NCBI GenBank assembly: GCA_038087875.1
Contig: CM075980.1
Span: forward strand, 9,362,001-9,426,000
Length of the DNA stretch: 64,000 nt
Origin: Malacoraja senta
Lineage: Eukaryota
Direction of reading: 5' to 3'
Below the pieces are notes generated by a model, which was not told where the DNA came from, made no database searches, and saw only the letters and a list, made by a program, of their open reading frames with translations. Positions within the stretch are counted from its first letter, which is position 1, and each line of letters begins with the position of its first letter. This document shows positions 37,536 through 52,190 of the stretch, one piece after another. A program made the position numbers and the translations under genes.

Positions 37536-39927
37536 GTAAGTAAAATATTCACGTTTTGATACAACGAATCGTTGAACTTAGGTTTTGCTTTCCTTCATAA
37601 ATCCTCGGTAGAAAGATCATATTAAACCTAAGTAGAACACAACGGGTCAGCTAGCATCTCCGGTAGACGTACGGATGGGCAATATTTCGTGTCGGAACAA
37701 AGTCTCTTTGGGAGACTGTACCGAAAGGGAAATCGTCGTTCTATGTCCTCCAGAGATGCTGTCGGATCCGCTGTGCTGTACTCAAGATGGCAACTCGTTT
37801 CTCCTACGTGAACTTGGTGTTTATGATCCTTTATCTCCATCCCTACAACACTCCGAGAAATCTGCGCTCACCTAACCGTGGCTTCTTGATCATCGTGGAA
37901 TTTAACGCCTTCACATACTGACAGTTGTGCTTCAAAGTTGTTAAATTCTGGAATGATATCCTGAAGCTCTATTTTCCCCTTTCTTCCCCGATGTTCATGA
38001 AACCTGTTCCTTTAACAGAAATACCGATTCTCTGATTTGAAGTATCCTCAAATGGCGGGGTTTGTCCGAGACTGCTGCTATTGATCACTTTGCTTCAATA
38101 TAAGCGTAATGCAAACGAAAACTGTTGCTGTTTCCTGAAGAAATGTTCGGGAAATTATGAGATTTTATTAGTTTTCGGTATATCGTGGATACGGAGAATA
38201 CCAACTCTGACAGTGGGCCAAATAGAATCATTGGAAGCATCCAAATGAAAGTTAATAAACATTTGGCAAGGGATGTTGGTGAATTAAATGGGATATTTTT
38301 TAAATTGCAAATACCCATTAGGGCAAATTGCGCGAAGTTGATTTCTGATCGTTTTAATGATACCATGAGGGTGAAGTGGCGTTTCGACAGGTTTACATGC
38401 GTCCCTACAACAGCGCTAAAACTAATTGTCAAGGAAAAGGTAAAAAAACAAATATTTAAACGCTTCGCACGGCACCATTTCAATTCCCTTTACGCGGAAG
38501 TGTGGAGGATTGTTGCAAGTCTGATTCAGCTCCGAAATTAGAAAGAAGAGCAGAACCGTATTCGGGTTCATTTCTCCTTCAGCTCGCCATTGCCACCTTA
38601 GCTGATCACATTTGTTTGGATATGCCGTCAGACTCTTTGTACCGACCTTGTAGAACCTGCAAGGGATTTTGATGCTGGTTCTCCGATTGTCATCGAGTGT
38701 ATGATATAGCAGAAAACACAGACTTTTCATTATGCTGTTAAACATGATCCCTCTGATTGTTGATTTTATTTACGGGCAGGCAGTTGGTAGACCGACATGT
38801 TAAAAAGCTTAAAAGAGCGAGACATAATTTTGCCATTTTCGGATAAATTAGTGCAGAAATGGGCACACCAGTATACGAGGTTATTGCTGAATTGCCTAGA
38901 ATCGAAAGATTGGAAGGATATATTACAGCGTCTTTAAATTCAGCATTAGTTTCATATGTTTTTTTAAGTCCGAATATGTTGGATGTTAAACCCAGAGCTG
39001 TCTCGATATGTGTCAGAAGGAATTTGAATCTGACCAAAACATTTCTTTAGTTTTACCTTTCATATTGCTGACCGCCACCCTCCTTGAATCATGGACTTTC
39101 TGGACGATGTGAAAGATTCACTAATAAGTAACATTCTAAAGACTATTTCGGGAAAGAATTGGGATTACTATTTAAACAAGCATTAATTTGGAAATGCTGC
39201 TCATTCTGTCAGGATGAGTTGTGATTCCATTTTTTCCTTCCCGTTTCCATGATCTGAAGAAAATCGTAGGCCACATGTTTTACAAAACCTCGGATATTCG
39301 CACAGTAAAAATTAACTTATCATGTTCCTGCTGTATAAAATGAGGTTTATAAATCAACGGTAATTGTAAAGCCAGTGCAGTACACGGCCATAGAGCCACG
39401 GAGTTATGCAGCGGTGGAACAGTCCTGAAGTCCACCTATTTCATGCCGACCGAGGTGCCCTACTTGAGCTGGTCCCATTAGCGCGTGCCAGGCCCATGTC
39501 TCTTTGAACCTTTCTTATCCAAGTATTAATTCAAATGTTTTTTTAAATGGTGTTATTGTACCTGCCTCATCAACTTCGCCGGGGAACTCTTTCTGTGGAG
39601 TCAACGCATTATGTGTACAAATGTTGCCCTGAACCTAAACCCTCTAATTCTTCATTCTCCTACTATGGGGAAAACCATAAGTATTCCGTGCGCTAACCCT
39701 ATGTATTCCCCTCGCGATTTTGTACACCGCCATGCGATCACCCTAAGGACTTCCACATTCCAAGGACTAACGTCCTCGCATGTCCAATCTATGCCTATAG
39801 TTCAGGCGTTCGAAACCTGGCAACGTCGTCGTAAATCTTGCCTGAAGTCATTCCAGCTGAATCGATTCTGACTTTTAACGTAAACTGATAAATAATTCAC
39901 TTCTATATATTTCAATTCTATTTTCAG

Positions 39928-40250
39928 GTCCGCGGCCTCCCACCGTTTCCATTCTGGCGCCTTCAATGGGTGAAGTCACCGCAAAAAATACTGCCACCCT
40001 GGTGTGTTTGGTGAGCGGGTTCAATCCGGGCGCTGTTGACATTGAGTGGACCGTAGACGGCAGTGCGAGAAGTGATGGCGCTGCGACCAGCCGGGTCCAG
40101 CAGGAGAAGGACAACTCGTTCAGTGCGAGCAGTTACCTGACTCTGCCAGCCTCCGACTGGAACTCCCACGAGCTTTACTCCTGTGTGGTTAAACACGAAA
40201 CCCAGGCAATCCCGATTAAGGCCAATATCGCCAGATCCAGTTGCCTTTAA
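39928..40250 (+). CDS. IGL: IgL cluster 3 constant exon
   Basis: Acceptor TTTTCAG|GT; intact; ends SSCL*. Confidence 0.95.
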
Positions 40251-41704
40251 TTCAAAGGATGAAATTCCCGAGTTGCTACATTTCTTTCTAAATTAATCCA
40301 ATATTCAGATATCGAATGTTCGCTTTAACAGGGTATTTGTTCAAATGCAGCACGTCTGCATTTTGTTGCCTTGAATGCGCTGTCCGTATTTTACGGTGAA
40401 CTGACAAACAATAATGTAACATTTAATGCAATAAAACCGATTATTCTATTTACGATGCATCGTTGTAATTTTCTGTGCAAATGTCCCTGCCTTCAATAGA
40501 ATAAAAACAATAATGTCCGATGATGCCAGTATGTATATACTGGCATTTTGTGAAACTTCGTTATATTTCAAATCAACTGCTTTTTCATGATTGATGATGA
40601 TCCATGTTTTAGGACAGCTGAAGGGACTGCTTGCAAGTATCCTCCGATTAAAGTGATTAGGTGCAAATCCGTGTCTCCTATTTTGGATATCCCAGAAATA
40701 CGGAAGTGCAGTCTTGGCATTACGCTAATATGCTTAAATGACCCAAATGTCTCTAATCGATCCGCACAAAATATCACAGTTTATTCCATGAAAACGCGAT
40801 GAAAAGTGGTTTGACGAATTCGTTAACCGCGGCATTACCGTGGTCTTAAATCAGCTCAACATTAAGCACCAGACGTGGTCATATATTTAAACAGTATAAC
40901 GAGAGGAATAAAGTTCAGGCTCGGCGGGGTGAGCGCTAGACTCATCTTGAATGGGGGCTTCGCACCAACAATTAACCGCTGTAAAAGTAGTTACTTCGCG
41001 ATTCCCAGAAATGGGATAAAAAGCTTGCGGGATATGGCAACTGCTTGGATGTTCTTCTCTGGGAATTAAAAAAATGTTTAACAGGGGGAATAAATTGTGA
41101 AGATTGATGTACTGTGGCTGAGGAAAATCTGCTTCCGATGTGGGTAAGTCCTATCTGGAGAGACCCTCCAGTACGATGTCAATTTCCAGTAGTAAAATAA
41201 CAGGTTGGGGACGTGTGCTGTCTATTTTCACCCCATCCCTTCCTCCACGGTTATCATTCACTCTCTTTCCCCATTATATTGTGGCTGATTTCACTACTTG
41301 TTCCCTTTTCACCCCCAGCCTTTGCCAATTAACCCCTACCACCACCTGCTAATCAATCCCCTCTCACATGTATCCACCTATCACTTGGCAGGCTGTATCA
41401 CACCTCATATCTATTTTCCAGCTTTCTCCCCTCTGTTCCAATTAGTCTGCAGAAGGTTCTCTACCTGAAATGATGCCTCGCCATTCTAATCAGACGTTGC
41501 CTGACCCGGCGAGTCATGTAGAGTCCAATGGCGAAGTCTTGTTTTGCTGGACTTGTCCGGTATTATGACCTGCTCTCTGATCGAATTTACATCTTCAATC
41601 CACTTCTTGTCAGACATAACATAATCTCGAATCGCTATTAATTAAATGGAGAGCCGAGATTAGAAACTGAGAGTAGAAAGAAAAGTAACGTTTTATCCTT
41701 AAAT

Positions 41705-42320
41705 TAGCAATGTTACAAAATTTTGAGATTTTAAAAATAAAGTCTACAATTTATCCCATCAGATAAAGCATAACAAATAAATTTACAGGCCAAATGGAAG
41801 GAATTGAATGTTTAATAGCTGTAAATTAATGGGCATTTAAATCATTTTGCGAGTGAGGTTTTACTGGAACGCGATGATTTGGAACGTTGATTTGCGGTGA
41901 TTTTAACTCCGTATCGGCATGAAAAATTCTGCCGTTAGTTCGGGGGAAAAAAATCACCGTTTCGCATGAAAAAATATGAATTAAAGGCTTCTTAAGAAGC
42001 ACTTTTATACATTAAAATAAACTACTTTCGTTTACCTGTCTCGTGTGTGAAATCCGTCCCCGTTGTCGGCGTTGACGGCTTCAGAAGCTGATTTTAAAAT
42101 AACTCCAGCGCTGATATTGTCGATTTAATAAAAAAATACACAAAACGCCCGTCGGAACGATTTTTCAGCAAAACGTTGTACTCCAACGAAATATAATACA
42201 GGACAAGGTAGGAGAAACCCGCGTTTTAACCCCGCCCCCCCCCTTAAAGGCGCCAAAATCGCGCACACGGCCAGTGGCAGAATTACAGCGCCGCTGAAGG
42301 TAAGTATTGTAACATACCTA
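41705..42320. mobile_element. Non-autonomous DNA transposon (MITE-like), 616 bp
   Basis: Imperfect TIRs TAGCAATGTTACAA / TTGTAACATACCTA (12/14); CTTAAAT duplicated at 41698-41704 and 42321-42327; absent from the other units. Confidence 0.7.
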
Positions 42321-42836
42321 CTTAAATATATACTAATTTCATGCATCAGCTTTTTCAACGATATAATTAATTTTAAAAATGTGATTTTTTTAAAGAAACA
42401 AATCTCGTATTTCATAGTTTTACAGCCCCTTGTAAAATTGAAGTAATTAGGTGGGAAAAGCCTCAACGTTAGTGACAGAAGGAGAAGCTCCGTCCTCAGC
42501 ATTCCCCTCTCTTGTTCCAGGGCCAGAGCTAGATTGCTTGTTCCAGGGCCAGTGCATGAAGCCGACAACTCCTCGGGCCTTTTGGCTACCTTCTGCATCC
42601 GAAGCAGGTAAATGTGGACGGGCGGTGGACCACATCTTGAAAAATTCGCATGATATTCGATTACAATTCGATACCCAACATTCTCACAATTCCACTTGTG
42701 AAGCTCTCTACGTATATATATCAGTTAATGCAATTGTCGTTAGATAAACGAACGATATTTTCCACCATGTCCACGGTACATTATGATTCGTTCTTCACTA
42801 AAGGCAGGAGCTACGAACGTTTTCAAACAAGGGAGC

Positions 42837-43565
42837 GGGGCACATTGGCCCAGCGGTGGAGCTGCTGCCTCATAGCGCCAGGGACCTGGGTTCAATCCCG
42901 ACTACGGGTGATGTCTGTATGAAATTTGTACATTCTCCCTGAAGCCGCGTGGGATTTCTCTGGGTGCTCCGGTTTCCTCCCACGTTCCAAAGACGTCCAG
43001 ATATTTTTAGATTAATTGCCTTCTGTAAAATGTCCCTATTGGATAGATATACTGTATGGGCTGATTACTGGTCGGTGTGGACTCGATTAGCCGAAGGGCC
43101 TGTTTCCACGCCGTACTGAAGTAAACTAAACACTTCCGTCCACCAACTTACTGGATTGGAATGCTCGTCAGTTTCTTCACTTCCTAGTTCAGTTGCAAAA
43201 ATACGACAAAGTGTCTTATTTGCCCCGACAAAAGCGCCGCCACACTCCCCATCAACACCTGAAGCTCCCAGGGATCTATTCTTGGACCCTCCAATTAACA
43301 TCATACTAATTCATGGGCGGGCGGTGGCGCAGCGGTAGAGTTGCTGCGTTACTTCGCCAGAGACACGGGTTCGATCTCGGCTACAGGAGCTTCTCTGTAC
43401 GGAGTTTGTCCGTTTTCCCCGTGACCTGCGTGGGGTTTCTCCGAGAACTTTGGTATCCTCCCACACTCCAAAGACGCAGGATAGTGTTAATGTGCGGGGA
43501 TCGCTCGTCGATGCGGACTCGGTGGACCGAAGGGCCTGATTCCGCTCTGTATCTCTCAACTAAAC
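42837..43565 (+). mobile_element. Two V-SINEs (unit 3 copies)
   Basis: Colinear copies of the unit 1 SINEs. Confidence 0.7.
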
Positions 43566-43724
43566 TACAGTTCAACCACATCATACCCTTTTCCCAACCC
43601 ATTCAATGCGAGAGCTTGTACTAGACTTTGTTGAAAATAACAAAGTCTCTGACAGATCAGAGCAGTACTTCCACAAACATGTGCATAAAAAGGAAAAACA
43701 CTTTTATTTATTCCCCATCTGAAC

Positions 43725-44730
43725 CGCAATTCCACGATTAAACATGGATATCGCCTAAACGACGCGGGTCGGTGGACTCATCGATCGTGTTCCACTCGCG
43801 GCGACATGAGTTCCCTGGGCCTCATTTTTCACCCCACCTGCCTCTGCCTCCAACACATAATGCTCTGACATTTTCGTCACCTCCCAACGTGATCCCACCA
43901 CTAAGCACATCTTCCAATCTCCTTCCGCAGAGACCATTCCCTCCGCAACTCCTTGGTTCACTCATCGCTTTCCACGGAAGCCACCCCCACTCCTGCCACC
44001 TTACCCTGCAACCGCGGGAGATTTAACACCTGCCCTTAGTCCTCCACCCTCAGTTCCACCCAGCGACCTCGGGAGTGAGATTCACGTGCACCTCCTCTAA
44101 ACTTATCTTCTCGATCTGGTGTTCCGGATGTGGGCTACTGAATATCGGCTAGACCAAGCGTAGAATCGGTGACCGTTTAACTGAACTTGTGAAGGCTTAC
44201 TTGATCTCCTGGTGGCTAGCCCCTTTAACACCCCCCCCCCTTCCCATTACACTAAGCTTTCTGGCCTGGGCCTCCTCCGTTGTCAGAGCGAATCTACACG
44301 CAAATTGGAGGAATAGCAACACATTTCGCTCGGGTAGCTGATTGGTCACCTATCCTCACATATTGTGGTCCGTTGGTCACGAAGTCGAAGACCCAATTGA
44401 AGTGGGGAGTGCTGATTCCGTTCCAATAGTTTGGAGATGAGCTTGCTTTGGATAATGGTATTGAAGGCAGGGCTCTCGTCTAGGAATAGGAGTCTGATGT
44501 AGGTGTTCGTCTCATCCAGGGATAAGTGTAGGGCCAGAGAGATGGCAGCAGCAGTGGACATGTTGTGGAAGTAGATGAACTGCTGTAGATCAAGGCTGCT
44601 TGGTAGGCTGAATCTGGCTGCTCTGGAAGCAATTCGTAATGCTGGATGTCAAGACATCTGGACGGTAGTCATTAAGGCATGATATCTCGATTTTCTTTGG
44701 CACCGAGGTGATAGTGGTCTTCTTGATGTA
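43725..44730. mobile_element. Penelope-like (+) and Rex1-like (-) fragments, unit 3 copies
   Basis: Colinear with 7590-8560. Confidence 0.55.
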
Positions 44731-46446
44731 TGTCGGTATCTCAGAATTAATTCCCAGTCTACAATTAGACCCGTTCGCCAGAAATAGCAAAATATATGAT
44801 TTTTAGATGATCTACATTGATATCCTACACCCAGTTGCAAGTCGAACATATCCATGCTTTGTCCCCATTTTCCTTTCACCCGCTAGGTTTCGTTTGCTTT
44901 TGATTGGCGACGGGTATTTTGCAAATACTGGTCAGCGTTTAGTGTTTCATCAACGCAGTATTCCTCAACCTCCGTAGGAGCTTGGATATTTGGCCCAACA
45001 AGCTCCTGCCGTCACATCTCCGCGGCGCCACGTGGTTTATTTACAGTCAGAAATGACAAGGAACAATAATCTTGCTGATAGTCCCTCCCCACGAACCCCA
45101 ACGACATCTCTTCCCTACTCTAGAACCATTGGTGCTGCCCAGTGACAGATCCGTCGATGGTTCTTTCCTGGGATCCTGAAACTCATCCCGTTGTTCAATG
45201 GCTTTAATGTTCACATCAATGGTAGTCTCTTCTGTGTTCCGGCTGTATTTGGTGAGATTATGTTGGTTCTGGTAGAGTGGAATTGCAATGCAGTTTGTGG
45301 AAGTAGGTTGGTCAGACCAGGCATGATGGAGTGGACAATTTACATGTTAAAATTGTTCCACTTCCAGTGGTGTCAGATGGTGTAACCTGAATCCAATGAA
45401 TTCCAATGGTGTAACCTGAATCCAATAATCCACATTTTTAAATGACCTTTAAAATAAGTAAATTTGAAATATATGTATAAAACTGCAACAGTTTCAGAAG
45501 GAAATGTCACTTCCTCATAAAAAAAAGAGCAGGGGTCTAAAATTTGGTCATCAGAGATGGCTTTTGAGGTCAGCTACAAGAAGGAGTACAAAGTAGTGAA
45601 ATGAAAATATGTTGGGGTGAAATTACAGAGATTTGGCGTTTGCCAGGTGAAGACTGACGCTAATAATGAAAATAGTTAAAGCCAGGGATGCTTTTAGGTC
45701 CAGAATTTGAGATCTCATGCTCTTTCCAGTTGATATATTCTTCGTGTGTGAATAGCTATTTATTATAAATGTTCCTCTTATTGATGTAGTTAGTCTGATG
45801 AAATGACTAATGGGGTTTTCAATTAAATTAGGCGAGAATCAAATAATATAACTACATCTTTAAAGGTGCTTCGACTGCAAGCTACTGTGATTCAATTGCA
45901 TTACTGTACTTTAGTAAATTTCACCAGTTGTTATATCCATCATATACTGCATTTACAACTCATAAGTCTGCGTAACAACCTGGGAACTTCCGTGAAAATT
46001 CTCATTTGTTCTGCAATTTGGTTGCCTGCCGGAAGAAAACCCAGAGGGAAATATCTCTCATTCCCGGTTAGATTTAATTTCACAGAAGAAATGGTAGTAC
46101 ACGTCGCACATAATATTACGTAAATAAATGATTGGAACGTTTATGAAATTGCATTTGTTTGAATGCAGATCATTCGTAAATAACAATATAATTGGGAACA
46201 ATTCCCATGCTTATATGATCACAAGACGATGGATAGCAGTTCACAACCGCTGGTTCTTGATTCTCCTATTCTGGGTAAAAGAGTAGAGGTCGTATGTTTA
46301 AGGTGAGAGGGGAATGATTTAATAGGAACCTGAGGCGCAACATTTTCGTACATAGGTTGGTGAGTATATGGAACGAGCTGCCAGAAGAGGTAGTTCAAAC
46401 AGATAATATAACAACATTCAAAAGACATTTGGACAGGTACATTGAT

Positions 46447-47395
46447 CAAGTCAAGTCAAGTCACATTTATTTATATCGCACATTTAAAAAAACCCAAATC
46501 TCGTTGGCCAAAGTGCTTTACATTTGTTATAAGAATAGCATAAACAAAACAAACTACATACATATATATATGTAGCCCTCACTCAGAGGACGTCAGGAAA
46601 GGCTTGGGAGTATAGATACGTTTTTAGTCTTGACTTAAAAGAGTCGATGGAGGGGGCAGTTCTGATGGGAAAGGGAATGCTGTTCCACAGTCTAGGGGCT
46701 GCAACCGCAAAGGCGCGATCGCCCCTGAGCTTATGCCTAGACCGTGGGATATTCAGCAACCCCAAGTCGGTCGATCCGAGGGGCCTGGAAGTGGAGTGGT
46801 GGGTGAGAAGACATTTTATGTAGGTGGGGGCAAGCCCATTGAGGGCTTTGTAGACTTGGAAGAGGATCTTGAAGTTTATACGGAACCGCACAGTGGAGAG
46901 AGGCCAGGATCGGGTGATGTGGTCCCTTTTTCGGGTGCCCGTCAGGAGTCTCGCTGCGGCGTTTTGGACCAGTTGCAGGCGGGGCAGGGAAGATTGGCTG
47001 ATGCCAGTGTAAAGGGAGTTGCAGTAATCTAGGCGGGAGGAGATGAATGTGTGGATGATCTTATCGAGGTCATCAAACTGGAGGATTTGTTTTATTTTTG
47101 CTATTGTCCGAAGCCGAAATAAGCTAGCTTTTACCACGGCATTAACTTGTTTGTCAAATTTCAGTGCTGAGTCAAATATCACGCCAAGGTTTTTGACGTG
47201 AGGTTTGAGTAGTGGGGTAAGGCTTCCAAGGCTGCCTGCTATCATTTTGATTGAGTCCGAGGGGCCGAGAAGGATGACCTCAGACTTACTCTCGTTTAGT
47301 TGGAGGAAGTTCTGGGACATCCAACACTTTATATCCTCGAGGCAGCGGGTAAGGTTAAGCAGATTTGATTAGTTTTTGGGCTTCAGGGGGAGATA
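46447..47395 (-). mobile_element. 5'-truncated L2 LINE nested in a CR1 tail remnant
   Basis: 245-aa ORF 46583-47320 (NFLQLNESKSEV, KNLGVIFDS, SRLDYCNSL, LQLVQNAAARLL, RAFAVAAPRLWNS); (ACTTG)n tail; possible TGAT duplication; unit 3 only. Confidence 0.85.
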
Positions 47396-49499
47396 TGATA
47401 TGAAAGGTTTAGAGGGATACGAGCCAAACGCGGGCAGTTGGGACTAGTTGGGCCGAAGGGCTGTTTCTCTTACGAATGTCTCCAAGTGATACATGTTTAC
47501 AACGGATCTGCAGAAATCATCGGGACCTATGCAAAAAGAAGCCCAGTTGGCAGAGGAATGCGGGGGCTGGTGGGCAGGAGCACTCATCTCTGTACCGTAA
47601 AATAAAGTTGTCTGGCCGCTCACAATAACCCAAGATGTAGCTTCGAGTAAATTTTCATCCTGCATTATGTGGCGCAACATTCGACGATCTTCTATGGTCC
47701 CTGCCGTTATCTTGCTCTTAGATGCTGAACCAATCCAAAATAGTGATATCATTTGCAGCACCTTTGGGATGTTTACAGTTCTTGTCATTTATGGGGAGGC
47801 ATATGCAAACTGCTTGATATGAAAATGCTGGTATTGCCCAAATGTTGGTATCTGTGCCGTACAGTCTTGCAACAGTAGATTTTGAACGGTTTTGAAATAA
47901 TGTTCATTTATTGCGGAGATAGGACAAATGGTCAATTATCACTGTAAAAATATTAAGATAATGTGCAAGCCCATAAACCCATCTAATGCCTACTCATTTG
48001 GCGATTATGGGTGTGGATGCGAATATATTAAGTGAGGAGCGGTTTTAACTTTTGACACATGACAGTAAAAAAGACGGAGGCAACAAACTTATTGAATGCC
48101 CAATTGCACTTGGATAAACAAAAATATGTTTTCCTCGTATGTGCTATTTATAGTGACATGGCCTTAAAAAAAGAGTTCGGGCAAAAAACATACAAGCAGC
48201 TCGCACTGGGTAAAGGCGGTAATAGAAATCGACCGCGTGGGCAGAAGATACTGACGCAGTCTCCGATGATAACGGTAGATGGCGGTGCAGTACCTTACTT
48301 CTGTGCTGAAGCTCAACACGCCAATTCTGAAATGGGTCAACCGCAATATTGTGCCTGAGCTCACGTATAGACCAGACCAGCAATAATTAGATTATTTTCC
48401 GCTTGGAAGGATATATTTGGGATCCAGTTGTTTTGTAATAATCAATAATACAACCTGATGTTTCCTTTGAAAGATTCCAGACACTTAACATAATTTAGAT
48501 TCCACACCTTCCCTGTTGAAATATGTCTGGATATGTGGTCAAGGTCTCTGCGTTCGTAGTGATGTGATTTCGGTTTGAAACCATTGCTTATCTGCACTTC
48601 CTTCACCTTTGCAGGGAGCCATTTGGAGGAATCTTTCACTGCATAAAAATATTCTTCTTTCACAGTTTTCTGATTCTGCTACGGTCTAACCAGCTTGAGA
48701 GCTAACCTCTCCGCTTACTCAATACCTCGTTCTTTGAAACCCCACATGTGATATATCACAGGTTTTTGCTCACTACTCTCGCGATATATCTTTCTACATT
48801 GCCAGATGTGTGCTCACGAACCCAAAGTCCCTCTGTTCCTGCGCACTATGAACCCACCTTGCCCCCTCCCCTCCCCTCCATACACGAGGCAAAATATACC
48901 AGCTCATACTTCTCTGTGATAGATTTCATCCATCATTTACCTACTCATTCTCCTGTCATATTGAAGTTTGAAGTGCACGCTGAGTACTCTCTCCCTCTCC
49001 TGCATGTAAGCCGCTATTCTATCATGATTGTTGATGTGAATATATTGCTGTTGGTACAGAACACAACTAGGTATGGGGATAGAGGAGAATGAAATAATTG
49101 GCCAAAATGTTCGTGCATACTGAATGTGAATAATGAGAATGTTACCTTATATATCTCCGGGTGTGCCTTTAATTTTTTTTTGGACAAACACGAAGACAGT
49201 TGCAAACAGGATTTTGTACATTTGAGTGGGTTTTGGTCCCATGTTTTTACTCCCAGGTTTTCCATCTATCCAATTTGCCAAGTTGTTCAGTGTCAATGAA
49301 AGCCATAAAGATTTAAAAAACGACGCATGACATAAATAACTGAACATTATTCTCTTAAAAGGAACAAACAGAAAATCCAATTACAACTCATTTTAATCCG
49401 AGAAGTCTTGCTTGCAGAAACATCGCAGACACGTGGACTGTGACATAAAATACACAGGAATAAATGTTACATAAATTATACATACACATCTGAAAGAAA

Positions 49500-50200
49500 G
49501 CAACAAGATTGCGACCAAAAACATAATAATGAAAAAACATGTCGATAGTGTACAAGTTTTGGGGCATAGAGTCCCGTTATCGAGGCAAGATTAGGGGTAT
49601 GTAGGTCCTTCCAAAAACTGGATAGTTGTAGGTAAGTAGCTGTTATTGAACCGGGTGGTGTACTTTCTGTAGTAGATCTGTAAAAGTTTGTTGGAGTATT
49701 TGTAAACATAAAGTATTTCTTTAAAATTCTTTGAAAGTAGAGGCATTGGCGCACCGTCGTGGATGCATTTCTTTGCTGGGCCCGGTACGTCATCCACGAT
49801 GTTAAAGCCTAGAATTTAAAGCTGATAACTCTCTCCACCACTGCTCTACCAAAAACAAACTGGTCTGAGGTCCCCAGACTTCCCCTTTCAGAAGTCAGCA
49901 ATCAGTTCGTTCTTGTTGCATTGGAGCAAAATGTTGTTTTTATGACACCACTCAACCAAGTGTTCCGTCTCTCTTCTCTATGTTGACGCAGCACCATCAG
50001 TGATTCATCCAAACAGAATGGTGTTGGGGTGAGTTTATAGACAACTTTGGAGCTGTGGGTGTAAAGGAAGTAGCCATGGGTGTAAAGGAAGTAGAACAGC
50101 GTGCAAAGCACGCAGCCTTGAGATGCACTGTGTTGATGGTCAATGGGGAGGAGATGATGTTCCCCATCCGCACTCGGTCACTTGAAGCTAATTCACCAAA
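49500..50200 (-). mobile_element. Rex1-like fragment, unit 3 copy
   Basis: Colinear with 13990-14700. Confidence 0.55.
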
Positions 50201-51094
50201 CAATAAAATGGTGACTAATCTGATTGAAACCTCTGATCTGCGGTCCCATCTACCTCTGTAACATATCACTACCCCACCATTTATATTTGTGTAACCGGTG
50301 ACCTTTAGTTTTAGATTACCCCAGACGAATTGTCCTCTCCCTTCACATGCTGTTAAGACCCCGCATAATCACCTGTGCTTCAAGTAAAGCACCTCTCACG
50401 CTTCTAACCGTCGAGCAATTCCTCATAAAACAACTCACTCGTTGCAGATGTGGGTCAAGTAATCATTTTCTGAATTGCTTCAAAGGCATTTCCATTTCCA
50501 TACTCTGCTCGATTCTGCGATGAAGTATAACTGAAGCACTAAGAACCTCTCTCTTTTGTATTCGGGTTTTCTGGCGTTAGATGCTAACACTGTTACCTTT
50601 CCTAGGTAGTTGTTGTACCTCATTCTAGCCTGTGGCGAATCCTAACCAGGGAACCGAAATAATTCTGCATCTCAAAACACTGCAAACTGTCATAATGTAA
50701 ATATGAAGGGCCTCGACCCGAAACGTTAACCTTTCCTTCTCTCCAGAGATGCTGCCTGTCCCGCTGCGTTACTCCAGCTTTTTGTGTCTATATTGTAAAG
50801 AATATTCTTTTATATCACTTACCAAAATTGACATTTCACATGTTCCCACATCCTGCAATTACCAGGCCTTTGCCCATTCACTGGAACTATCCACATACAC
50901 GGTGGTCTTGTTTGGTTCTTCATGGCATTAGCAAATTCAACAGCCATACATTTGTTTTAGCATTTTTGGAAATTGGGGCTCCAGCACTGATCTATGAGGC
51001 AGTTTTACATCTTTCCAACCGGACTTTTGCCTGTTTATGCGTGTTCTATGTTTCCAACTAATCGCCCAACGTTCTGTTCTTAACCATAAATACT

Positions 51095-52190
51095 AGGACT
51101 CTTAGCAAATAGGTGCAGGAGTAGGGTATTCGGCCCTTCGATCAGCACCGCTATTCAATATGATCATGGCTGATCATCCAAAATCAGTACCCCGTTCCTG
51201 CTTTCTCCCCATATCCCTTGATTCCATCAGCCCTAAAAGCTATATCTAACTCTCTCTTGAATACACCCAATGAATTGGCCTCCACTACCTTCTGTGGCAG
51301 AGAATTCCACAGATTCACAACTTTGCGTAAAAAAGTGTTTCCGCATCTCTGTCCAAAATGGCCTACCTCTTTTTTTAAAACTGGGTCCCCTGGTTCTGGA
51401 TTCCCCCAACAACGGGAACATTTTACCTGCATCTAGCGTATCCAATCCCTTAAGAATATTATATATTTCTATAAGATTCCCTCTCATCCTTCAAAATTCC
51501 AGAGCATATAAGCCCTCTCGTCATATGTCAGTTCCACCATCCCGTGGATTAATCCGGTGAACCCACGTTGCACTGTCTCAATAGCAAAAATGTCCTTCCT
51601 CAAATTTGGAGACTAAAACTGCACACAATACTCAAGGTGTTGTCTCACTAGGGCCCTGTACAACTGCAGTAGGACCACCTTGCTCCATACTCAAATCCTC
51701 TCGCTATGAAGGCCAACGTGCCATTCGCTTCTCTTCACTGCCGACTGCACCTGCTTGCTTTCTTTCAGTGATTGATGTTGAAGGACATCCAGGTCTCGTT
51801 GCACCCTCCCTTTCCCTGATCTGACACCAATCAATTAATAATCTGCCGTTTTCTTGCCACCAAAGGGGATAACCCCACATTTATACACGTTATACTGCAT
51901 CTGCCATGCATCTGCCCACTCACCCATCCTATCCAAGTCACCATGCAGCCTCATAGCATCCTCCTCGCAGCTCACACTGCCACCGAGCTTTATGTGATCA
52001 GCAAACTTGGAAATGTTACATTTAATTCCTTCATCTTAATCGTTAATATATATTGTTAATAACTGAGGTCCCATCACTGAGCCTTGCGGCACCCCACTGG
52101 TCACTGCCTGCCATTCTGAAAAGGACCCGTTAATTCCTACTCTTTGTTTCCTGTCTGACATCCAGTTCTCCATGCATGTCAATTCCTACC
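51095..52190 (-). mobile_element. CR1 fragment, unit 3 copy
   Basis: VVNLWNSLPQKVVEA, GESRTRG motifs; colinear with 15745-16830. Confidence 0.75.

Noticed and set aside
46886-46892. Perfect heptamers CACAGTG (about 46886) and CACTGTG (50126-50132) as partner RSS
   Set aside because: Both lie inside retroelement fragments, occur in one unit only, and have no nonamer at the spacings checked.
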